From Polyangia bacterium (GTDB taxonomy: Bacteria > Myxococcota_A > Polyangia > JAAYKL01), in contig JBNKCR010000077.1 in NCBI GenBank assembly GCA_050287845.1, forward strand, positions 23,506-87,505: a stretch of 64,000 nt of DNA. The letters are read 5' to 3'. Numbering within the stretch: position 1 is the first letter of the stretch; each line of letters opens with the position of its first letter. Shown here piece after piece: positions 39,878 through 49,203 of the stretch. Under the pieces are notes generated by a model. The model was not told the origin of the DNA. It saw nothing but the letters and a program-made list of their open reading frames with translations, and did no database searches. Position numbers and translations under genes: made by a program.

Positions 39878-40851
39878 AGGAAGCCAGCTCCAGATATGTG
39901 GATCAGATTACTCTGGAAAAACTGGTAACGGAAAAACTCGCCAAAGTGCATCATTTTCCCAGAACCGGAATCGATTTTAATGATGCTTTTTTTGCCGATT
40001 GGCAGGAATATCTGGTCCGCACAGAGCGTTCTTTTCAGAATGACAGCGGATTTCCAGAACCGATTTCTGAGACCGAATGGCGGTTTCAGTCCCTTGTCCA
40101 CTGCGACTACGCCGAGAACTGCAATTTCAAGGTGCAGCATTTTAAAAGCGCGGCGCCGGTTGCCAATCTCCTTTTTTATCATGGACTGTTTGAAGAAAAC
40201 CGGGAAATTTATCACTTTCTGTTTGAGAACCTCACGCGTCTCGGACTCGATGTGTATTTCTGTACGATGCCCTTTCATTACGAACGGATTCCCGAACAAT
40301 CCGCGTTCAGTGGTGAGTTTTTCTGGAGCGCATATTTTGAGCGGACCCGAAACGCTTTTCGTCAGGCGGTCTGTGATTTTCACCTGGTGCGCAGCTGGAT
40401 TGAAAAACAATCATCGTTGCCGCTGATGATTGGCGGATTCAGCATGGGCGGCGCCGTGGCGCTGATTTACAGCTCTTTTCATCGAACCCGAACTCCTGTG
40501 GTGGCGTTGAACCCGGCGGTTTCGCTTTCGGAAATTCTGTGGGATTCGCCGCTGTGCAAGACCATCAAGGCTGATTACCTGGATGCGGGGTATTCAATTC
40601 ATCAGCTGCAGCAGGCGTACAGCGGTTTTGAACCCATCTCGTATCCGGCGCCATCGTCTTCCCACGGCGCCATTTTTCTGGGATATGGATGTTACGATAT
40701 GGTGACGTCACCAACTCTGTATCAATCATTGATTACAAAATGGAATCTGATTCATTCAAAAGAATACAAATCCGGTCATCTGAATCTACTTCGGGTACCT
40801 CGCGTTGCGAATGACATATTTAATTTCTGGCAGGAACATGGCACACGTTAA
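39874..40851 (+). CDS. Alpha/beta hydrolase (possible thioesterase or acyltransferase)
   Basis: GTGA overlap with the PPTase stop. FYHG, GFSMGG elbow, YD, SGH. Confidence 0.8.
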   Translation: MKEASSRYVDQITLEKLVTEKLAKVHHFPRTGIDFNDAFFADWQEYLVRTERSFQNDSGFPEPISETEWRFQSLVHCDYAENCNFKVQHFKSAAPVANLLFYHGLFEENREIYHFLFENLTRLGLDVYFCTMPFHYERIPEQSAFSGEFFWSAYFERTRNAFRQAVCDFHLVRSWIEKQSSLPLMIGGFSMGGAVALIYSSFHRTRTPVVALNPAVSLSEILWDSPLCKTIKADYLDAGYSIHQLQQAYSGFEPISYPAPSSSHGAIFLGYGCYDMVTSPTLYQSLITKWNLIHSKEYKSGHLNLLRVPRVANDIFNFWQEHGTR

Positions 40852-41902
40852 CTTTAATACACCCGCTGATGCGCACACAGATTTTCAATTTCCACCGTCT
40901 TCTTCCAATCCCTCGGGCGGATACTTCAGAATTGCCGCCATTGCGCAGCATCTGCCATCCACTCAGAAGACCACCGCTCAATTGTTGGAAGAGAATGGAC
41001 TTGCCCTCAGAGACAAAGTGATTATCCGTGCCACCGGTGTGGAATCACGTCACATCGCGGATGAAAATCAGTGCGACTCCGACATTCTGTGCGCTGCCGC
41101 GGACAGCTGCCTTGCTCTGGCAAAAGTTGGGGTGGATGGGCTGTCGCGGATTTTTGTGAACAAACTGCTGGGGGATCGGATTCTGCCGCCAACATCCGCG
41201 TTGCTGCAACGAAAGCTCAACGCCCATACTGCTGTGCAGTGTATGGACATCGATGGAGGCACCAACGGATTTTTGCAGGCGTTCCTCATGGCGGGAAGAT
41301 GTCTGGATACCGGCGACCATTCTGTATTGATTGCATCGGGGGGGGTGCATCAGAAGCTCATGAATCAGCGCGATTCCAGAACGGCCTATCTGTTTGGGGA
41401 TGGTGCGTGCGCTATGTTGCTTCAGGCATCGGAAAAAAGGCACTTGCTGGCCCACTATGAATTCAGCAATCCATCCCTGTCGCATCTTCATCATGCCGTG
41501 GATTTTTATGATTTTGTTCCGGGGTATCTCAAAGGCGATGGACTGAGTCTGTTTTCGATGGGAAATCTCAACAGTGAGTTGTCATTTTATCTGAAAGCGG
41601 CGCGCCATACCATGGATGTATTGCTTGAATCGGCCCGTTGCCACAAAAACGATATTGATATGTTTTTTGTCAATCAGATCAATCTGCCCCTGTGGCAGAG
41701 CATTGTCGAACATCTCGATATTCCTGAAAACAAGCGGCTTTCTCAGCTTCCCCATCTGGGCAATACGCTGTCTGCGGGCATCCCTCTTCAGATGTGCCAG
41801 TGGCAAAATCAACAGAGCGATTTGAAAAATAAAAAAATTATGCTTCTCTCCCTCGGCGAAGGATTGATGGGAGGCGGTTGTATTTATGATTATCAGGAGT
41901 GA
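40838..41902 (+). CDS. FabH / KAS III-like protein lacking the catalytic Cys
   Basis: TGVESRH, DIDGGTNGF (Cys to Thr), LFGDGACA, FVNQIN (His to Asn), LGNT. Confidence 0.85.
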   Translation: MAHVNFNTPADAHTDFQFPPSSSNPSGGYFRIAAIAQHLPSTQKTTAQLLEENGLALRDKVIIRATGVESRHIADENQCDSDILCAAADSCLALAKVGVDGLSRIFVNKLLGDRILPPTSALLQRKLNAHTAVQCMDIDGGTNGFLQAFLMAGRCLDTGDHSVLIASGGVHQKLMNQRDSRTAYLFGDGACAMLLQASEKRHLLAHYEFSNPSLSHLHHAVDFYDFVPGYLKGDGLSLFSMGNLNSELSFYLKAARHTMDVLLESARCHKNDIDMFFVNQINLPLWQSIVEHLDIPENKRLSQLPHLGNTLSAGIPLQMCQWQNQQSDLKNKKIMLLSLGEGLMGGGCIYDYQE

Positions 41903-41905
41903 CGA

Positions 41906-42151
41906 ATGACGAATAATGACATTTTCAATAAAATTTCCGAGCTGCTCATCTCGTATCTGAGGCTGAACCCAGACGAAGTAACGCCAGACAGCCACATCGT
42001 CAACGATCTTGGTGCGGATTCCCTTGCCATGGTGGAACTGGGATTTCAATTCAGCGAGGCCTTTGGGATTCCCATGATGAATCCCACTGAAGAAAACATG
42101 ATCCTTAAAAATCTGGTGATTCAGATTGAATCGATTCGAAACGCTCAGTAA
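41906..42151 (+). CDS. Stand-alone acyl carrier protein
   Basis: DLGADSL motif, 81 aa, acidic. Confidence 0.92.
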   Translation: MTNNDIFNKISELLISYLRLNPDEVTPDSHIVNDLGADSLAMVELGFQFSEAFGIPMMNPTEENMILKNLVIQIESIRNAQ

Positions 42152-42157
42152 GAAAGC

Positions 42158-43216
42158 TTGTTCATGACCGATAAAATGATTGGCTCTACAATGACGTATC
42201 CCGCGGCGCGGCCTTTCCGGCATCGGCGATACGGGCAGCTGCTGTCGACCGGTGCGGGGATGCCCAATACGATAGTGGGGAATCAGTCGCTGATTGATGG
42301 GATGGATCTCATTGCATCTGACCGGGCGATTCAACATTCCATCGGCATCCGGGAGCGGCGTCATGTAAGCCCGGGAAAGAAACCGTCGGTATATCTGGAG
42401 CGTGCTGTCCGGCTATGTCTGCAACGGGCCGGGGTTGCTCCGGAGAAAATCAGCCGTATCATCTACGCGCGACTGACAGGGGACCAGGTGATTCCAGCCA
42501 CGAGTCTGACGGTACTGGAACGTCTGGGGATTTCCACCGGTGTGCCGGTCATGGATGTGTCGGTGGCGTGCAGTGGATTCGTCCATGCAACCGAACTGGC
42601 GCTGAACTGTATCAATGCCGGCGATGACTATGTGCTGGTACTTGGCGGCGATCGGGCAGCGGTCGATGTGGATGCCCGGGTGAACAAGGATACGCGAACG
42701 GTATTTTTAAACGGGGATGGATTCGCCGCAGCGCTTTATGGCGTCAGTGACACCCGTAAATTCTTTGCGCGTTATTTTTATACCGATTCATCCATCGGGG
42801 ACTTCGCCTACATACCATTTGGTACCGAAGCCCTGGGGAAAACCCCCAACCTCGACAAAGAAGCATTTATGTTGAAGATGCCCAACGGGCCGAATATTCA
42901 CCAGTCCATCATTGATTCCACCATCATTATTTCATCCCGCCTGTTCGCGCAGTGCAATAAAACCATTGATGATATAGATTTTTTCATCAGTAGCGACCAG
43001 ACCACCATGTCCTGGAAAGCCCAGCTCCAGGTGCTGGGGTTGCCGGAATCCAAAAGTTGCAGCTGTTTCCATAAATACGGAAACACCGTTGCAGCAATGG
43101 TACCCTTGAATCTGGACGAAGCCATCAGCACTGGCAAGCTCGAGATGGGCATGACAGTTCTCTTCATGGGGCATGGCGCGGGCGCCAGCGGCGGTGGATT
43201 CATTTTTGAGTACTGA
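42158..43216 (+). CDS. FabH / KAS III-like condensing or acyl-transfer enzyme
   Basis: GIRERR, DVSVACSGF (Cys present), NGDG, SSDQT (His to Asp), YGNT, GHGAG. Confidence 0.88.
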   Translation: MFMTDKMIGSTMTYPAARPFRHRRYGQLLSTGAGMPNTIVGNQSLIDGMDLIASDRAIQHSIGIRERRHVSPGKKPSVYLERAVRLCLQRAGVAPEKISRIIYARLTGDQVIPATSLTVLERLGISTGVPVMDVSVACSGFVHATELALNCINAGDDYVLVLGGDRAAVDVDARVNKDTRTVFLNGDGFAAALYGVSDTRKFFARYFYTDSSIGDFAYIPFGTEALGKTPNLDKEAFMLKMPNGPNIHQSIIDSTIIISSRLFAQCNKTIDDIDFFISSDQTTMSWKAQLQVLGLPESKSCSCFHKYGNTVAAMVPLNLDEAISTGKLEMGMTVLFMGHGAGASGGGFIFEY

Positions 43217-43569
43217 TTCATTTCCCCCCGGTTTCACCTGACCATTTCTTAATCAAGGGACGGCCATGAAGTTGTTTACGTTAAAAATGGCGTTTTTAAG
43301 GGGACAGTAATCTGAATTGATAAGGGATTTTATAAGGGGCAGCCGGGATTTTGTGGATACGTATCTGCAGGACCTTCGAACCCGGGGAGTGTACCTGCGG
43401 CGCAGGAATGTGCTCCAGACCTGACGCGGAGAGATGGCCATGCTCCGGGAGCAGCGGGGATTTCACTCTTACCCGACAAGATTGATTTGATTGAGTATTG
43501 GAAGGAGTCTACGTCCTTAAAAAAAAGATTGAAATTTGTCGAAATTCGGCAAAACGTGTAGGTATGATG

Positions 43570-43947
43570 ATGTTGAAGAAAATGTTGATTATTGGGATGG
43601 GGGGGTTTGCCGGAAGCGTTTCCAGATATTTTGTATCTCAGTTGAATCTGCACATTGAATTCCATTCGGTTCCGGTGGGGACGTTATTGGCCAACGTTCT
43701 TGGGTGTTTTATTATTGGCGTGCTGACAGGTATTGCAGAAAAAAGTACGCTGCTGACCCTTGAATGGCGATTGTTTCTGATGGTTGGTTTCTGTGGCGGA
43801 TTCACGACATTCTCCTCATTTGCCAACGAAAACCTGATGCTTCTGCACTCAGGGCAGGGGGTATCTATCCTGCTCTATACAGGCCTCAGCATATTTATGG
43901 GGTTTGTGGCAGTTTATCTGGGGTATGTGACGACAAATGCATTTTGA
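43570..43947 (+). CDS. crcB: Fluoride efflux channel CrcB/Fluc
   Basis: GGFAGSVSRY, GTLLANVLG, GFCGGFTTFSSF. Confidence 0.95.
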   Translation: MLKKMLIIGMGGFAGSVSRYFVSQLNLHIEFHSVPVGTLLANVLGCFIIGVLTGIAEKSTLLTLEWRLFLMVGFCGGFTTFSSFANENLMLLHSGQGVSILLYTGLSIFMGFVAVYLGYVTTNAF

Positions 43948-43951
43948 CGCA

Positions 43952-44296
43952 ATGGAAAATCCAAAAGCCGTTTTAAAAATATATGCGAGCAGTTCTGACA
44001 GGCTGGACGGCCGAATCCTGTACGAGGATATTGTGCATCGGGCCAAATCCACGGGGATTGCCGGGGTGACGGTGTACCGGGGAGTGATGGGATACGGTTT
44101 GAGCAGTCGGATCAGTACTTCCAAATTCTGGGAACTCACGGAGAAGTTGCCGGTTGTTATAGAACTCATTGATGATGAAGAGAAGCTCGACGATTTTTTC
44201 AGACACATCGAACCGGACCTCAAACAGATGTCCAAGGGCTGCCTGGTGAGTATGACCCCCGTCCGGATTTTGTTTCAGCAGCGCGGAAGCCGCTGA
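43952..44296 (+). CDS. DUF190 (PII-like) protein, usual crcB partner
   Basis: LYEDIV, GIAGVTVYRGVMGYG, LPVVIELID. Confidence 0.9.
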   Translation: MENPKAVLKIYASSSDRLDGRILYEDIVHRAKSTGIAGVTVYRGVMGYGLSSRISTSKFWELTEKLPVVIELIDDEEKLDDFFRHIEPDLKQMSKGCLVSMTPVRILFQQRGSR

Positions 44297-45032
44297 ACTC
44301 GCCGGCACAACAGGGGCAACGCAGGAATATCGAGTTCTGTCCACCGAAGAATAAATGTAAATGGTAGCATAGGACACTGAGCGAAATTGATTTGCCTGGT
44401 TTGCAATTGCTGCGCCCGGCTGGCAAGGCCGAGGAAAGGAGAATATCGGTACATTTGACCGACGAGCAACGCAGCCGGAGTGGATGCGGCAGCAGTCAGA
44501 TGGAAAATTCGTTCTGGTGAGTATCCCTATTCTGAGAACGCGATTGCCCGAGCGCCAGGCGAAGGATCGACTTTATATGGAGTCAGTGCGGGATGATGTC
44601 GTCTTGGGGAAGTGCAACTTTTTGATGGCAGTAACGCAATGGTTTGTTGTTCACCTGTAAATTTGTCAGGTATTTTCCTTTTTTTTTTTCGACAATGAAA
44701 AAAAATTCCACAAATAAGTCAAATATGGCAATTGAATCCCTTTACATTTGATGTTTTTAGTAGTATTTGCATCAGAAATTGGAATATTTCGAAAAGACAG
44801 ACCCTGCATCAACAAAAAATTGCAAAGTTCGGGGCGAAGACGGTATAATTTGAGTACGAAAACATCAGAAACAAGATCCCGGGTCTGGCAAATCGAATCC
44901 TTTTTGCCAGAAAACAATGCCCGCGCGTATTGCAACGGACGTAACAGATCAGTGCAGAAAAATTATTTGAACTTCAACAGTGGACGCCTTATACAGTAAA
45001 ATCAATTAATAAAAGTTACTGACTTATTTCAG

Positions 45033-47333
45033 ATGGTGGGGAAAATGACTCAGCAGTCAGGCAAAAAAAATCGATATAGAATCATTTCCAGATTGAGTTC
45101 TGGAGGTATGGCAGACATCTTTCTGGGAATTCAGCTGGATCAGCGGGTTCTTGAACGGTTTGTCGCAATTAAGAAAATTCACAGCGTCAGTGACGCCAAT
45201 CCCGAGATTCGCGCCATGTTTGCCGACGAGGCAAGGATCATTTCCACTCTGAATCACCCCCATGTTGTGCAGATTTTCGATTTCACAGATCGGGGGGAGA
45301 GTTTTCTCATCATTATGGAATACATTGATGGGGAAAATCTGGGGTACATTCTCAATTTTCTGAGAACCCGAAATGAGCGTATTCCCCTTCATATTGGTAT
45401 GCGTCTGATGATACAGGCGCTGGAGGCGCTGCAATATATTCATAATGCCACTTCGCTGTCAGGTGATCCGCTGCATATCATCCATCGCGACCTGGACCCC
45501 AGAAACCTGATGCTCGACTCAAACGGATATTTGAAAATCATCGATTTCGGAGTCGCCAAGGCGGTAGTGCAGACCGAGTTGACCGCACCGGATCTTTTCA
45601 AGGGAAAATTGTCCCACGTGGCGCCAGAGGTTTTCACCCAGAACAATATTGATCATCGGGCGGATATTTACTCTATCGGCCTGGTGCTTTTTGAAATCGC
45701 AACCGGAGATCGTCCCTATCGATATGGGAAATCGCCGGTGATCTCCGAAACGATTAAAAGTATCATTGAGTCACCACTGCCCAATCCCGCGGAGATCAAT
45801 CCTGAACTACCGCAGTCCCTTGTGGAAATCATTCAGAGAGCATGCAGCAAGGACCGGGAGCAACGTTACCAGACGGCGGATGATTTGCACGCGGCACTGA
45901 CGGCGTTTGCCAGCCACTCCGGATACGGGTGCGGTATTGCATCCAACGCCGAGGTTCGACAGTGGTTTCATGCGCAGTTTCAGGACAGGCTTGCCAAACG
46001 TCGGAATTTCGAGAACAGGGCACTTCAGAAAGCAAAAAAAATTCTGGAGGAAGCCAGGACCTCCAGAACATCGGGGCTGACCTGGCCTGCGCCGGACGGT
46101 GAACGTTCGGGCATTGGTTCGTATCTTTCAGACATTTATCCCAGGGACGGCAGAATGCCGGGGATTGACTCGGTGTCCGGTGCTCCTATTTTAACGGGAC
46201 AAATAACCAATACTCCCCATCCGGGGAACTATATTGCACCCACAATGGGGCTGGTGAAACAGCCATCCGCCGGCGACCGGATTACCAACCTGGGTGGTAT
46301 TCCGTTGTCCCTTGAGCGGGACAGCGAGACATCGAACGCCATGCCGGGTCCTTCCGGTGCGTTCAATCACTCCCTCGTGCCTCCGGCGACCGGCGATTTC
46401 GGGGCCGGCGATTCGGTGGATACGTTCAGCGGAAGTCCGAGGAATCGGATATTGAAGGTGAGCCTCGCCGCAGTTGGGGTATTTGCAGCAACGCTGCTGA
46501 TTGTGATGGCCAAAACCGATTTCTTCTCGTCCGGGAACGACGCATCATCCATGGACGGGTCCGACGAATCCGTTTCCGCTTCTCAGTTGATTGTCATTGA
46601 CCAGAAGGATGTCGAAAATGATTCGGGCATTGGCAATCCATCGAAACAGGCATCTATCAGTCCGACGCCGGGGTTGCCCCATACAGAAACAGCGGGGGCT
46701 ATTGGGGTGGACGATGGTGACGGAGCTTCGGACGATGAACCTGATGGGAAAAATGACAGGGCATCCCACTCAAACAGCAGAAGCTGGGCCATACGCAGAG
46801 GCAGAGTTCGCAGACCCGAACCCCGAACGTCTGCTCAATCGGGATCATCGATTTCGGAAGACATGGAGCCAATGGACGACGTGGTGGACGCCTATGATTC
46901 CGCCGCCGTAGAGATGACTCCCCCCAGTAAAATACCAGCCCCCCTTTCTGATTCAGAAAGCCGTTTGAATACAAAAACAGAAACCACCAGTCCGTTACCG
47001 GCAACCGCGAGCACGAGCACGAGCACGAGCAACGACAGAGCTTCTGCTGTCGCCAGCGCGGCGGTTTCTGAAGAGCCCCGCTACATCAGTGGCAGCGGCT
47101 CGTGGAGTGGCCCTCAGGTGGCACAGCGCGGCTGTGGTTCGTGTCATCAGGTGGACGCCACTTCAAAGACCCAGAGTCAATGGCGATACTTTTTCTCCCA
47201 CAATCGACATCGCCAGAATGCCAACCTCAGAGTACTGTTTTCAAAAGATGAGCTGCAGCGGGTGGAGTCCCACCTGATCGGCATCGTAAATAGAAGCAAG
47301 AACAAAAACAGCGGGATAGCCGGCGTCAGATAG
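45033..47333 (+). CDS. Hanks-type Ser/Thr protein kinase with a TM helix and a C-terminal CxxCH cytochrome-c-like domain
   Basis: GGMA, VAIK, EAR, HRDLDPRN, DFG, APE, DIYSIG. TM near 46449-46511. CGSCH at 47133-47147. Confidence 0.9.
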   Translation: MVGKMTQQSGKKNRYRIISRLSSGGMADIFLGIQLDQRVLERFVAIKKIHSVSDANPEIRAMFADEARIISTLNHPHVVQIFDFTDRGESFLIIMEYIDGENLGYILNFLRTRNERIPLHIGMRLMIQALEALQYIHNATSLSGDPLHIIHRDLDPRNLMLDSNGYLKIIDFGVAKAVVQTELTAPDLFKGKLSHVAPEVFTQNNIDHRADIYSIGLVLFEIATGDRPYRYGKSPVISETIKSIIESPLPNPAEINPELPQSLVEIIQRACSKDREQRYQTADDLHAALTAFASHSGYGCGIASNAEVRQWFHAQFQDRLAKRRNFENRALQKAKKILEEARTSRTSGLTWPAPDGERSGIGSYLSDIYPRDGRMPGIDSVSGAPILTGQITNTPHPGNYIAPTMGLVKQPSAGDRITNLGGIPLSLERDSETSNAMPGPSGAFNHSLVPPATGDFGAGDSVDTFSGSPRNRILKVSLAAVGVFAATLLIVMAKTDFFSSGNDASSMDGSDESVSASQLIVIDQKDVENDSGIGNPSKQASISPTPGLPHTETAGAIGVDDGDGASDDEPDGKNDRASHSNSRSWAIRRGRVRRPEPRTSAQSGSSISEDMEPMDDVVDAYDSAAVEMTPPSKIPAPLSDSESRLNTKTETTSPLPATASTSTSTSNDRASAVASAAVSEEPRYISGSGSWSGPQVAQRGCGSCHQVDATSKTQSQWRYFFSHNRHRQNANLRVLFSKDELQRVESHLIGIVNRSKNKNSGIAGVR

Positions 47334-47400
47334 CTCGGCCACACGTTATTTCACCAACAGATTCACCAATAATTCTTAGCAGGAAGGAAGAGTAGACGAG

Positions 47401-49134
47401 ATGACCAGGAAAAGTTTGTTCGCTTTTTTGACTGTATTGTTCTGGATTCCATCTGCCCATGCCCAGCGCACAGTGGATGACATTACAACGCGGCAACCAT
47501 CATCCACATCGGATGAAGATCTCAGCGCAGAAAGCGCCGGAGAGGGGGATGCGGGCGCTTCCGCATCCGATCGGTACAATGCGTCACAGGCTTTGCCCCC
47601 AACACCGGCATTGGGCAGTGTGACGCTTTCCAGAAAGCAGTACGATGACCTTCGTGACCGATTGGACATGATGGAGGGAGATATTGAACGACTGCTAGGC
47701 GAACAGGATGAATTGAAAGAAAAAAGTCAGCTCGACAGACTGAACTGGTCCGGTTCATATCGATTTAATATGAACTTCTTCAATCTATACGATCACACTT
47801 TTGTCAGTCAGCCCTCCCGGCTGGAGCTGTTGTATGATGACCAGGGAAATCCAGTGATAAATCCTGAAACCAACAGGCAAGACGCCATACCCGTTCCCTA
47901 CGGCTATCGCGACCGGAACGAATGGCTCTCTCCGGCCTGGACCCATCGGCTCAAACTGGCAATGACTTATGATTTCGGGGAGAACCTGCGCTTCTATTCT
48001 CAGCTGGGCGTCTACAAATTCTTCAATGAAAATGTGAACACCGACGGCATCATAGATCACGGGGCGAATGCATACCCCAGAGACAATTCGTTTCGGCTGG
48101 AGCGGGTGTATTTTGACTGGTTTGTGACGGATCGGTTGGCCATTTCAGTTGGACGTATCGCGTCTCCGGATGGACCGCCCACGGAAATGAAGGAAAACAC
48201 CGACCGCCGAAGCGGGTGGGGAGTCCAGATGGTGAACGCCACCATGGACACGGTGATGACGACATTGTATTTGCGGGACAAGATGTATCTTCGGACATTC
48301 TATTCGCCCTTCGGTGCGCACATGGAATACCAGGTGAATAACGATATCAGTCTGTTCGATGACCAGGGATTGGATATTCTCCATTCCTGGGGCGCTCTGT
48401 TTGAATCTGCGATTCCGGGGATGAAAGACAGTATTTTGCAGTTGGGATTCATTCATATTCCCAAGTTCCCTCCCCAGGACATTAAGATTCATGTCCCCGG
48501 CACCGATACGTGGGTTTCACCGAGTGAACCGACAGGACAGGATTTGGGAATGTTCCTGCAGGCCAGTACTCTCCTGCAGTTCAAGGATATTGGGAACAGC
48601 GGTCTGGATGCGTTCGTTTCGTACAATTTCACCCTGCTCAATCCCACCGGGGAGTCCATGATATATGATGTGCCGCAGGAACTGGCGATTTATTATCCGG
48701 ATGGCAGCCCATTCATTCCACCGGGAGCCGACTCCCAGGTGATTGCGGATACCTCGTATGAACTGCATCTTGGATTGGCCTCTTCCGAGAACGGTGCGGG
48801 CAGCAAGAACGTCGGGCATGCCATCTACACGGGAATCCGCTACACGTTACCCATCAGCGAAGAATATCCCACGCGCATCGGCGGTGAGTTCAACTGGGGG
48901 TCCAAGTATCACGTGGCCTGGTCACACCCCAATGATCAGTTGCTCAACAAACTGGGAAACAAGGGACTTTCCTTCGAGGGATATGTGATTCAGCAACTGG
49001 TCCCTGAACATCTGTTCTGCCGCGTCGGCTATCTCGAACTTCAACGGAACTATGTAGGCGGCTTTATCGGTCCCACGGATAAAGTGGAACAGCGCATCCG
49101 CAACATCTATTTTCTGGTGGACCTCGCCTGGTAG
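47401..49134 (+). CDS. DUF3373-like outer-membrane beta-barrel protein
   Basis: Signal peptide and N-terminal coiled coil. WSGSYRF, LERVYFDW, SVGR..SPDGPP, EFNWGSKY, C-terminal aromatic residue (DLAW). Confidence 0.75.
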   Translation: MTRKSLFAFLTVLFWIPSAHAQRTVDDITTRQPSSTSDEDLSAESAGEGDAGASASDRYNASQALPPTPALGSVTLSRKQYDDLRDRLDMMEGDIERLLGEQDELKEKSQLDRLNWSGSYRFNMNFFNLYDHTFVSQPSRLELLYDDQGNPVINPETNRQDAIPVPYGYRDRNEWLSPAWTHRLKLAMTYDFGENLRFYSQLGVYKFFNENVNTDGIIDHGANAYPRDNSFRLERVYFDWFVTDRLAISVGRIASPDGPPTEMKENTDRRSGWGVQMVNATMDTVMTTLYLRDKMYLRTFYSPFGAHMEYQVNNDISLFDDQGLDILHSWGALFESAIPGMKDSILQLGFIHIPKFPPQDIKIHVPGTDTWVSPSEPTGQDLGMFLQASTLLQFKDIGNSGLDAFVSYNFTLLNPTGESMIYDVPQELAIYYPDGSPFIPPGADSQVIADTSYELHLGLASSENGAGSKNVGHAIYTGIRYTLPISEEYPTRIGGEFNWGSKYHVAWSHPNDQLLNKLGNKGLSFEGYVIQQLVPEHLFCRVGYLELQRNYVGGFIGPTDKVEQRIRNIYFLVDLAW

Positions 49135-49203
49135 GTCGCGGGTCTGCACGCCTTCATTCTCCTTTATTTGATTACACCTGAGTACCTGTAGTACAGCAGT
49201 GCT

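Noticed and set aside
43428..43512. Canonical fluoride riboswitch call
   Set aside because: Only the 5' part resembles the consensus and the pseudoknot partner was not found, so it is not listed as a feature.
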